Below are positions 12,630 to 24,893 of a stretch of 64,000 nt of DNA, in pieces. Source of the DNA: Paraspadella gotoi (taxonomy: Eukaryota; Animalia; Chaetognatha); NCBI GenBank assembly GCA_051294375.1, contig CM119267.1:21273755-21337754 (forward strand), in the 5' to 3' direction. The position numbers were made by a program, and so were the translations under genes. Every line of letters begins with the position of its first letter. The stretch's first letter is position 1. The notes beneath the pieces were generated by a model. The model saw only the letters and a list, made by a program, of their open reading frames with translations. It was not told the DNA's origin and did no database searches.

Positions 12630-12840
12630 TGGGACGGACGGACAGACGGACGGACGGACCGACAGACAGACAGACAGATGGACGGAGGGTCATCTTTTTT
12701 TTTTTTTTGCATAATTTATCATAATTCGATGTTCTGACATGATATAAATCAATGCCCGACAATATTGAGGGGGCGGACCGCCGGACCGACAAACTGAATT
12801 ATAGAGTCGGATCTGCTTATCAGCAGATCCGACTAAAAAT
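12630..12840 (-). mobile_element. Helentron/DINE-1-like non-autonomous element fragment
   Basis: (GACG/GACA)n microsatellite at 12630-12690 plus a perfect 13-bp hairpin AGTCGGATCTGCT-TATC-AGCAGATCCGACT (12805-12834) abutting an A-run. This layout is typical of DINE-1/HINE elements. Confidence 0.5.
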
Positions 12841-14174
12841 AACTAAACCACTTTTGTTCGACGTTGTCGTTGATTAATGAGATGCGGGTCCAGTTTTAGT
12901 CTTTAACAACCCGTCAGAGTTTTTTTTTTTATGATGAAAATTCTAACGATTTTCTGAGGTTACTTACCTTTAATTTCATTAAATCCAAAATGAAAACTCG
13001 TTTTTTGTTTCCACTCGTTCGTCGTGGCGAAGGGGATCGCCCATCAATTTTTCCCGCCCTTTTGTGCTTCCTGTACCATTGAACATTTACGAAGGAATTC
13101 GCGAATTTTAGTGAATTCAAAAAATCGTTGAGGTTGGAATTTAAATGATAGTACGTAGCATTTAACTCGCATATCGCGTCAGTAGTAGCCTAATGATGGC
13201 TGCCAACAAGGTTGATTGAATCAGTCTAAAAATATTGAACTATATTTATTGTAAAAAAAATTATTAATAATTTTTTCCGGCGGCCATATTTCCCTGCCTT
13301 GAAAACTGTTGTCTTTCAGAAAGGAAATTTTTCTTGACCTATTTTAATCGAGTTTAAGAATCGATGCGCTTTGTACGTAATTATACTATTGATTTACGAT
13401 TTACAATTCTTTTTTTTCGAGCCCAGATTCTTTCAAAGAAAATCTTAACAAATTCGAAACAAAAAAAGCGACTCAATTATGTCCTACAAATTACATTCTT
13501 TCGTTTGATGCTGTTATTGATACGTCCCAGTGCTGCATATTTTGACTCCTTCCCTTTACTAATGAAGCAGTTAATTATGTCTATATTGTTTAAAAGGCCT
13601 TATATATATATATATAAAACTCATACTTGGATTTAACTTTTTTCTCCCCGAACGTCTTTCAATGACGAAAAAGAAATTAAGCCTTTTGTTGAAATTTTTT
13701 TAAAACTCTTTTTAAACATTACTATTTATTTCCTATTTAAAAATCAAACTTTTCTCATGAAAATTATAGTCGAAATTTGTCCTGTCTTGACTACAATCGC
13801 TTTTTATCATTTTTTGCTTCTTTAAAAACGTTTAACTTATTTAAATCTTGATTTAGTCATGCGATGTTAGTTTAGATTTTCGATCTCTGTTTACATTACG
13901 TAAATAAGCTGTGGTCCGCTTTCTTTTTTGTTAAATTTCGTCCAATTCTTAAAATACAAATTATATAAAAAAAACTGGAAATGTTTTATTTCAATGACGA
14001 ATGACAAGTAAAAAGTACGAGACATTGTATCTAGTGGGGGAAAAAAGGCAGAGTACTATTTAAACTATTAACATTTGTAAAATGTGTGATTTGGTTGTAA
14101 ATATCGTATGGAATCTTAGAACGGAACAATTTCTACTTTCCTCCTTGTTCACCTACATTTCCTTCCTCACTTCC

Positions 14175-15826
14175 TCATACCTCGACTTCTTCTTTGTTTT
14201 CCTCTTTTCCTCCTCCCCCACTTCCTCCATCTCCTCCTCCCTCTCTCACCATCGTCTTCATCTTAATCTCCTCCAGATACATCTTCCTCTTCCTCTCCTT
14301 CTTCTCCTCCAGAGTGTTCTCGTTCTCAAAGGGCAACACCCTCTCCGCAGTGGCTCGCCAAAACTCACAGGCGCCGAGTCTCCAGCACAAGAGGATGGAG
14401 GTGGCGCCGAAGAGAGCGACGGACGCCCAGCAGATCGTCATCCACAGGGAGATTTCGTAGGGAGAAGGGTTGTGATGGAGGAGGACGTAGGAGAAGTTGG
14501 AGGGGTGGTAGAAGCAGGGGAAGGGGGCGGACTGAAAAGAGGGTGGGGTTGTGGAGAGAGGGATGGGGTGACGAAGGGGTTAATTGATATTGTAAGGGGG
14601 AAGAGGGATATATATTTGTTGTACCAATTTCATTAGCGAAGTCAAGAAGATTGATACGTTGATTTTGAACCCAACGGAATGTGGTAAAACTTCCAGAGAC
14701 AACAAAATTTGATTGTAAAACTATGTGATAAAGCTTGTACTTAAATCAAAATACTACTTTTAAATTAAATATTTTAAAAAAAGATAGTTAACTTACGATA
14801 ACCCAAAAATGTTACCATATATATACATGGCAGAAAACTAGTAATATTGCAAATTTCAGGAGGCAAAATTGACTCCTTTATTGAACAAACAGAAAATTCT
14901 TATACTTTATACTGACGAATTAATTTAACCATTTTAAAAACATGAAATCGCTTCACAAGCCAATATGAAGTAACGAAGTTATACTGAAAAGGCAATATAT
15001 AGAGATTCTTTAAAATTACGAAATATAAAAAATATAAAGAAATAAATAAAATTACAATGGAGCCACATTACCCATAACCTTTTCTCACCTTCAACCGCCT
15101 GACGAGCGATTCCACCCAAGCGGTGTTCTCCGCGCCGGTGTCGCTGCAGGGCTCGAGAGTCGAGAAGGCGCAGGCCGGCGCCGCCTCCATGTTGTGGAGA
15201 TTTTGGTGGAGGGGTCTCTCCTTGACGGGTTCGGAAGAGGAGGAGGAGGAGGAGGAGGAGGCAGTGTAGTCTACTAAGAGACGGACGCATGGAAATTCCC
15301 CGCGACAGAAAAAGCCGCAGGGACAGGATCCGTTGTCGGGGAGGTAGCTGATTGGAGAAGAGATTGTGAAACAATCAATGGTTTATTATCGAGCAACAAT
15401 TGAACCAATCAATCGATTTACCAGTCAATAAATGAATCCATCAATCAATCGACGAATTAAACCTAACAAATAATCCAAGGATCAGATTAAATGAGATTAT
15501 AAATAATTAAATAAAAATGAAATAATAAAAAAATTAATAATATAAAATTAATTGATATGAAATTAAATTGAATTGAATTAAATTGAATTAAATTAAAAAA
15601 GTTTATTCGTGTCGTTTAAACCAATCCTTGCTTATCATAATTAAATCAATCAATCAATCAAAAAACCCCACGTGATCTTTCCCGGCGACACGGTGCAAGT
15701 AGTTTCGACCAGAGTCAAGATGGAAGCGATAGACTTTGAGAACATGATGGTGACGGTGACGGCTGCCGAGATCAACATCATGTTCAACAGCAGGTTGAGG
15801 TTCAACGCTCGCCCCAGCATCGTCAT
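14175..15826 (-). CDS. KCNMB (BK channel beta subunit)-like two-TM protein
   Basis: Exons 15826-15672, 15347-15089, 14531-14175, phases match. TM1, then ETTCTV...GSCPCGFFCRGEFPCVRLLVDY...LHQNL...CAFSTLEPC...PFPCFYHPSNFSYVLL..., then TM2 (ICWASVALFGATSILLCW). The Cys pattern parallels KCNMB loops. An acceptor at 15835-15836 implies a further upstream exon. Confidence 0.7.
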
Positions 15827-17099
15827 GGTCGGATCTATGGAGAAGTGATTATTTTCTGGTTGTCGGGACTTGGGTTACTTTTCTTTTTTAATTTGTAAAT
15901 AGCTTTAGCGATTTATTATATCCATGAAATTGTTTTTTTTTGTTTTTTTTAATTTGGGCGTTGCCGATTTTTTTCTTGACCTGGACCTTGAGCTTTTAGT
16001 ATTAGTATTAGTATTTTACGCTTCTGGTCGTTTTACCCCGATGAATTTTTTTTTTTTCGCGACGATAATTATGAATCGTAAAGAAATTGTGGAAAATTAA
16101 TTCAGGCTCGCGAATTCTTTTTTTTTTTTTTTTTTGGCGGCGATCGATTTTGAGATCCGCGGGTTTTTTCGACTTCGTTTGTCTTTTGTTCGATATTTTT
16201 CTGATTTTTTTTTCCGTTAATTTCTTTGGATTTTTCTCTATTGTTCTTTTCTTTTTATATTTTGTCTTGTTTGTTCTGGAGTCGGCGAACGAGATTCAAA
16301 GTCCGAGTAGAACAAAGACGGAGTTTGTTTTTTTTTTAACGTAAAATTTAAGTACATTTATTTTAAATTCGCGATATTTCACGATTTTTTCGCCATTGGA
16401 TAGAGAATCATTTTGTTTTTAATCCCGTCCGTCGACGTTGAGAGATGCGGCTTAAGTAGTGATTATAGTAATTATAGTGATTATAGTACGTGGAAAAAGA
16501 TATGAGTAGATTAGTTAGATTAGATTAGTGAACAATTTGTGTTATTTTTAGGTCTAAATTTACTTAGTGAAAGAGAGAGAGAGATTGATTTTACCGTGCA
16601 GAAACTAAAAAATTTAATATTTTTTTTCAAAAAGTTGCCAAAGAAAATAGTAAATTCAGTAAAATAAATTTGTGTTTTCATTTACTGACAGGATTTCATA
16701 CAAAAAAAAACAACTAGAATCCGCTACTCGGTATTTTATATGTCGAATCGGTTTAATGTTTAAAAAAGAAAGTTTAAAAAAAAACCAAAGTCATGGAAAA
16801 AAAAATAAAGATATCAAAAAAGCAAGGAATAAAAAAGGGGGTAATCGGATTGAGAAAGTGAATCACAGTTGTGAAACAATTTCGTTGTTTTGGTTTTTGT
16901 TTTGTTTTTGTTTTATTCCTTTTGTTTGGTTTTTCTTTGACAAATGATTCAATTGTCGTTTATTACAATTAAATTTCACCATATAGCATCATATACCAGG
17001 TAAATTTTATTTAATATTTATCAACTAAAAGGTGAATAACCTACTGTAGCGAAGACAATTATCATCGATTAGTAACTATTGAACACGAACTTTTGGCTG

Positions 17100-17135
<36 letters not shown>

Positions 17136-17621
17136 TCTCGATTATAATTCAATTCGATCCGAAATATATTCCCCTCTCACTCAAGCGTGTCCCCAGGGGA
17201 AAACTTCGAGAGCCGATTTCACACGCCGTGATTTCGGTTTAGCACATTGTTTAAACATGTTATGACTAATCACTGACTTCAAAGCATTGTTTAAATTTTA
17301 TGGCATTCCACTAAATGTTATATTTACAGTTATTCACGTCCCTGGCGGGCTCAGATATCACAACGAAAGACCGACTACCAAACGTGACCGTTTCGTCTTG
17401 AATAATTTGATTAATTCGCTTAATTGAATTTGCTGATTCACTCGAGAAATTATTTTTGAAACCACTATTATTTGCAGATTAGTGGATACATGAATAGCAT
17501 ATCTTAGATTTGTCTATCACCTTTTGTATGTTTTATTATTGCGAGTAGTTTTTGACATCTTTAAATTCAACATAAAACTATATCAAGAAAGTTGAAAACA
17601 GATTGTCAGGGACGATGAATT

Positions 17622-17772
<151 letters not shown>

Positions 17773-18664
17773 ATTTGTGAAATCCGCCACTCTATACAAC
17801 TAGATATATATATATAATTACATATTTTAGTAAAAAAAAGCAATGAAAAACTTAAGAACAAGTTCGTAAACATCTAGTTTGATAACAATTTTTTTGACTA
17901 CCCTCAGTCTCAGACTTTGAAAAAATCATTATGTACTCGATTTATTCTAATCTAATTATCTTGTTTGTTTAACTTTTAATTAAATCGCTCGGTCACAACC
18001 GATCTTACGATTCAGTCAATTTCATTGATCGATTTAAACGAGAAAAAAAATGTTAGAAAAAAATTGACATTGAAAAATTTTCGATGTACAATTAGTAATT
18101 GTACACGAAGCACGAGTTTAGATTCATAAATTTTCATCTTGGTTGAAACCTTATGGCGTTCTGAGAAAATTAATTGGCCGTAGATCAAAAAATTCCCTTT
18201 TTCAAAATGAAGCCTGTTGCGCATTGGAAAAGCTAAGCCGAGAGATATTGGCATTTATTTTTGCTAAGACTCGTACTCGAAACTAAATCCTTAGTGATTG
18301 AGAAAGCGAACGAGATTAAAAGAAACAAATATTTAGAAAAAGTAGGTAGTAGGTAAGTAACGAAAATATTTTGCGTCGTTACTCCGTTTTGACTTGTTTA
18401 AATGACCAACTTTTGTCACCCACCGCATTTGCCTTAAATTTCCTAGTACGTTCTTCTCTCTCCTCAACCAGTAACCAATCACAATTTTTTTAATTCTGTA
18501 GATAATTAATCCAACTGAATAACTCGCTATAGTTTTTTAAATTGCCTTATGCTAATCGCCTATGGAGACAAAGCTATATCTTGGACTACTAGTGTTTTAA
18601 AGACAAAGTATAAATTCCAATTTTAGAATGAGGAAATTAAATAAAGAGCGAGAAAGGGAGTGAG

Positions 18665-18703
<39 letters not shown>

Positions 18704-19757
18704 AACGATCAGGCAAATCGAGCAAAGTCGAGACAGCGAACCTAAGAAAGAAAAAAGTTAGAACCCGAGTCCATTAATTCGTTAAAACCGAAAGCCGGCT
18801 CGGAATCACGTCGCCTGATTGGTTCGCGTCCGCCTGATCACGCCGTTAGATCACGTGACTTTAATGAACGCCATCTAACGGCGGAGAAAAAAGAGCATCC
18901 GGCGGGAGGAGAAGGTGCAGAAGAGAGAGGACACGGATGGCATTTTGTTTCATGGTTTCGATGAGATCGATAGACGGACAGATGGAAAGAGCAACCGACG
19001 GAACGAAAGATCTACTAAAGAAAATCCAAAGTTATACAAATGTAAACATTACACATTATACGTTCATTTTTTATTTTAAGAAAAAATGAAAAGAAATAAC
19101 GTCCCAGATTTAGTTAATTTATATACATTGTTATTTCTTAACAGTCGATTCTTTTAATTAACACAAGGTCATCGACATTTGGGACGTTGCCTCTCGGTCT
19201 TGGCGAGAACTTTAACGCCTATCTTCTGCCGCCCCTTTCCATCCATATTCCACAGTGACACATTTTCTAAAGAGGTGTACTTAATATGTATGTACTATAT
19301 TACGTCCTATTACGTACAAAGACATTTCTTCAGTTCCATCCCCCGCCCATCCCTCCGTCTCTGCAAAATCTTCAGGAAGAAGAAACGCTTTGAGTTGGTT
19401 TCAAAGAGATATTTCTTTTAAGGACGTTTAAAAATGGTCGCGGTGATTCGTTTTAAGGCCGCGGTGATTCGTTTTAGGGTTGTGGTGATTATTTTAAGGT
19501 CGTGGTGATTATTTTAAGGTTGGAGGAGGTGTTTTGTTTAAAAATCAAAGTTTCGGTGAATAGGGATTTGTTATTAATAGATAAAAAAAAGATAGCGTGT
19601 TCAAAAAGGAGACACAACGGACAAAGAAATGGTGAAAGTTGTTAAAAAGCAACGGTGATTCGAGGTTTTCTTGTTCAAAGTCGCCGTTTCACGTTCACAG
19701 AAAGAAAGGTGATCTGTTGACTCCGATCCTGTAATTTCCGGCCGAGGCGAAAACTTT

Positions 19758-19843
<86 letters not shown>

Positions 19844-19969
19844 CTCTCGCGTTCGCGCGTTTTAATTTCGTGGTAAACAAGAAATGATCATCGGTTTCAA
19901 CTTCGAGTCTTTCTCACGGAAGATCCAAAGTTTATCTCTCTCTCTCTCGCTCTCTCTCATCTCTCTCTC

Positions 19970-20015
<46 letters not shown>

Positions 20016-20200
20016 TCTCTCTCTCTTCTCTCGTCAAAAAATAAATGAAGAAGAGCCAAGACGTTCGCCATCTCTCTCCCAGGGAATATTCTCTCTTTTA
20101 ATCAGGAAATATTGTCGCCGACGGAGCGAAGACTAAATTTCTCTAATTGTTAATTAGCAGAACAAGAAAAAAAGGTTAAGAAAATGTCTTCGAGCGGAAA

Positions 20201-20283
<83 letters not shown>

Positions 20284-21206
20284 ACAGTTAAGGAGAAGTG
20301 CGTTTTAAGTAAGTTTATCGTCGCGGCTCGAACTCAAAGTAGTAATGGGTTCCGTTGGCCGTTGTCTGAGACTGAAATTAGAACATTGACGATGGCAGAA
20401 AGCGAAGAAGGAAAAAAGGAGAGAAAAGGGAAAAAAAATTAAAACAGTTTTAAAAGAAAAAGAAAATATAAAAGCTAAAGAAAGAGAAAGAAAAAACTAA
20501 GTAAATAAGTAACTAAGCAACTGATAACTAAGTAAATAAGTTGGAAGATATCTAAGAAAAGAAAAATAAGCAAAAATAAAATAAAAAAAAACAAATATAC
20601 AAAATCTTGAAGCTCTTACTATGAAATTAGTATAACCAATATAAAAATTATCCATTCATTTAATAAATGAGCTATTTTGCTCCTGATATTGGACAGGCTT
20701 TGGTGTTTTAATGCCTCTATCACTCTTAGCAGGCCAGTGCAAGCTTTCAATCATCTTGTAAGACTGATGGAGGCCTTAAACGGAGAACGTCCAAACAGAC
20801 AAGCTAGACAGCTTGGTTATTAGATTAAGGAATAATCTTGAATTGCTTTTACAAATTTTATAAACAAAATGATAATAAATGACTGTAAAAACAAAAAATT
20901 AAAACTAACTGTTCTTGGGAGATCAAATAGCTGAGGCGTCGAAAGAATTTTTTTTCCCAACCAAAAGTCAATCAAGTCTTCGTTAAAAACGAATAAAATT
21001 TGTCTTTGAGTCTTTTTCTCGTGTTTAAAGTCATTCGTTTTTCACGAAACAATTTGCACCCTCGTCAAGAAGTTCCGGTTTCCAGACCCGAATCATGCCC
21101 GCAGCCTTTGAGAATCACTCGACCGCGACAGCGCCGAACATCGTTATTATATTTTTATTAGAAGAGTTTGAAATGAATTTTCAACAACGATTTTATTTTA
21201 ATAAAA

Positions 21207-21248
21207 AACGGACATGTTTCGGCTTAACTACAAGCCTTCATCAGCATT
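21207..21248 (-). ncRNA. Minimal type I hammerhead ribozyme motif (mirror copy in left arm)
   Basis: Exact reverse complement of the 21336-21377 motif. Confidence 0.78.
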
Positions 21249-21335
21249 AAAAAAAGTTAGTGAATTTGAAACAAATTATGTGCATAAAGAAAGAAATTAT
21301 GCACATAATTTGTTTCAATTTCACTAACTTTTTTT

Positions 21336-21377
21336 AATGCTGATGAAGGCTTGTAGTTAAGCCGAAACATGTCCGTT
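21336..21377 (+). ncRNA. Minimal type I hammerhead ribozyme motif
   Basis: AATG-CTGATGA-A-GGCTT(GTAGTT)AAGCC-GAAAC-AT-GTC-CGTT. It has both core boxes, helix II, helix I AATG/CGTT, a palindromic ACATGT at helix III and a GUC cleavage triplet at 21371-21373. Confidence 0.8.
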
Positions 21378-21551
21378 TTTTATTAAAATAAAATCGTTGT
21401 TGAAAATTCATTTCAAACTCTTCTAATTATTACACAACGAAAAGAAAGGATTATACCACAATATATTTTTATTATAATTTTTATATTGGTTGAATCAATT
21501 TCATAATACTTTACTTAACAAAAATGTAACATGATTTCCAATCTGAAACTA

Positions 21552-21710
21552 GTTAGAGAAAACAAAGTTTGTTTGTTTGATAACAACGATTTTTATTTAC
21601 ATTAGGACATGTTTCGGCTCATGTAAATAAAAATCGTTGTTATCAAACAAACAAACTTTGTTTTCTCTAACTATATATACACAACGAAAAGAAAGGAAAT
21701 AACATAAAAA
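21552..21710 (+). mobile_element. Second, shorter Penelope-like palindromic insertion with 9-bp TSD
   Basis: Inverted arms 21550-21602 / 21621-21673 around a partial hammerhead (minus strand GAGCCGAAACATGTCC). Same tail TACACAACGAAAAGAAAGGA. TSD CTGAAACTA at 21543-21551 and 21711-21719. Confidence 0.7.
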
Positions 21711-21994
21711 CTGAAACTAAAAATCAGCAAAGTCCGAACTACAAACGACAAAAGACGAAATGAAAAAAACGAAAACTCGGAACCTTTTCGAACCGACGTT
21801 CCGCCCCCCATGACCTCTCGGCGCCCCACTCCCGTCCCCGCCCCCCTTCTACTCTCGTGGCGTCATCCGCCGCGCGCGTGGCCACTTAGCGACAAGAATC
21901 ATCGTGTCGACTTGGAGATTAACATCCGGGTTTTATCGTCGTCTGCATACGTCGTTCGCCGTCGTTCGTCATTCCCTGCTTTGCCCCTATGCCT

Positions 21995-22056
<62 letters not shown>

Positions 22057-22062
22057 CTCTCT

Positions 22063-22144
<82 letters not shown>

Positions 22145-22145
22145 T

Positions 22146-22206
<61 letters not shown>

Positions 22207-23684
22207 TCTCTCTCTCTCTCTCTCTTCTGGTAGACACCCCCCCTTCTATTCGGTGTCGATGCTGCCGGTCTTGACTACGCCGGAGCGACCCGTGCCAAGC
22301 GGCTGCTGCCGGAGCGACCCGTCAAAGATCCAACGACCAGCATATTTTTTTCCGAGTTCGAGGGAAGAATTAGAAATAAAAGAAAAGAAATAAAAGAAAA
22401 GAAATAAAAGAAAAGAAATAAAAGGAAAAAAATATCTTTCTGCATCGATTCTATTCGTTACTCAAAACGGAAGACGGTTTGTTGATGTTTTGTGTTCTTG
22501 TTCTCGTTAAGCTGATTCTTAAGTTTTTTGAAGCTAGCTAAAGTATTGGTTTTGTTTATAAAACAAATCTGTTTTTTTTTTTATTTTGAGTCATTGCCAA
22601 ACTTAAATGTTACCCGTTTATTTCTCAATGTTTTCTACATTTCGTAACCTTTAAAAAAAAAATCTTGGATGAGGGAAATCAATTAAAGGAATGATTCGCC
22701 CTCATGGTTTTTTGATTTATCGATGGCCTCTGCCTATCTTCGTCGTCACGCTGCTGTTGTCGTTGTTGTCGTTGTTGTTGTTGTCGTCGAGATTCCATAA
22801 AAATCCAATTATTGATCGAATTAAGGACTCGCGCCGTTCCGTCCTTTTTTCAAAAAATGCCGGGGGGGGGGAACTATCATGCGCCGAAACTCCGGGTCGT
22901 CGTTGCTGTCGTCGTCGTCGTCGTTGTCGTCTTAAACGATTTGCATCGATTTAATTAAACGAGTAGAATCGCGCCCAGTGAAAATGAACAACAACGACGA
23001 CGACGACGATATTTCGGACCAAAACAAATCGAGGGGAAAAGTTGTTGTCTCGGTAAATGACCGGGTTTATGTCGACGACGACGACGACGACAATCGATGA
23101 TGACGCCGATTATGATGGCGACGATGACAACGACGATGCCGCTCCTTCGAGACCCCGTGAGTATAAAAGTCACAGAAACTCGCGCAAATCACATCACAAA
23201 ATCAAATCACATCACAAAACGACTTCGTTTTTATTGTTTTTTTTTTCATCTCGTTTTTTTTTTTTTTTTTTAATACGAGTTTTTATCTTCTCTCCAAGTT
23301 GTGCGGGCGTTTACAATTTTTTAACATCAATGAAAAACTGATGACAATAATGTTTTGACTTTCTGTTTTAAAATTTAAATACTTTTTGATGCTTACAAGG
23401 GTCGATTTTTTAATCCGCCTAATAACCTAATCACAGGTCCTGATAAAAAAAAACATTAAATCAAACATTGCTGTTTTTTAAAATATTTTTTTTTAATTTT
23501 AAACTCTCAATTGTCAGTTCTGAGAAGTACACATTAGGTAAATTCTATTTTTGTAAACTAAGAGATAATTTACATTTTTGTTTCACCATTATTAGTCAAT
23601 TTTCCAATTTCGTGCTTTTTTGGCGCGTTGGTAAAATATAAAAAAAAGTAAAACCGCACTGTCTTCTTCTTTCTCTCTCTCTCA

Positions 23685-23777
<93 letters not shown>

Positions 23778-24893
23778 CCCGCAAGTCAAAAATCAGCTGA
23801 GGGATCGAAAATACGATTCAGAAACCATAATCGTAACGCCATTGCCGTTATCTCTCTGATACTCTTTTCAGTTGTTAACGAAAGTCGAAACATGAAGAGT
23901 AAAACTTGTCCACTACCCTCATTCCCGTGAATTACTGATATATTTTTTCCAATATTGAGACCCTCATCCGGCAGAGCTGCGTGGAGAAAACGATATAGAG
24001 TCAGAGATCAAACACTCTCTCACTCTTTTTCGTCTCTCTCCCTCTCTCTGTTTAAATTTTCATTTCAATTTCTTTTTTTTTAATCGCGAGAAACATTACA
24101 TTTTTCGGTGAACTAAATGAATTTATGGGGCGATCGAAATGAAAAAAAAACTTCTTAAAAGACGTGAAAATTATTAGCCACTTGTTGGATTTTTTATCTT
24201 GTTTTATTGCGTCGAAAAAAAATATGAGCATGAATTTTGTAATACCAAAAAAAAACTAAAATAAAACAAAGATAACAACGACAAAGATGACACTCAACAT
24301 AGGAAGATGTTAATAAATAAAAAAAAAAAAACAATAAACTTTGGAGCAATAAAATTACAAAGATTTCAAGCGGGACAAAGTACGCAAAAAAATTAATAAA
24401 AAACAAAAGAACGTCGCTAATATCAAACAATTTTCGCAGCCTGTCATCTATCGTAAAACTCGCGAATTACCAGCCTTTGTTCCTTTCGCTGGACTAAGTA
24501 CTAGTGCCGCAGGAGACGAGGCGGTTCTGATCCTCCTGCTGTTTTAGTGCTTAATTCGGCGGAGGAGGCGCGCGTCGATGGGAAAAGGGGGCGCTGGATG
24601 CAAGGGACGGCGCTTGTGGAAGTAGAGGGCGCTAGTTAATGGGTTAAGAATACATTATGAGGAGATACTTAACGATAACATACGCTCGAATCTGTAGTCC
24701 CTAATGTTTGTATTTTCGTTTAGAACATGAAGTAACTGCGTTAGTTTAACTTAATTTTGCTAAAGGGTTTCAGTCGTAATTGTATTTTTACTCCAAAGAC
24801 TAATCTCCGAATATTATTACACTAGTTTTGAAATTAACTTTACATTGATTTAAAATGATTTGAAAAAAGACATGTTTCATTAACGAGAAGGTC

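Larger units (their letters stand above)
21161..21461 (+). mobile_element. Penelope-like element terminal fragment (inverted pseudo-LTR pair) with 13-bp TSD
   Basis: ~130-bp near-perfect inverted arms (21157-21287 / 21297-21427), a unique tail TACACAACGAAAAGAAAGGA, and flanking direct repeat TATATTTTTATTA at 21148-21160 and 21462-21474. Confidence 0.75.
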
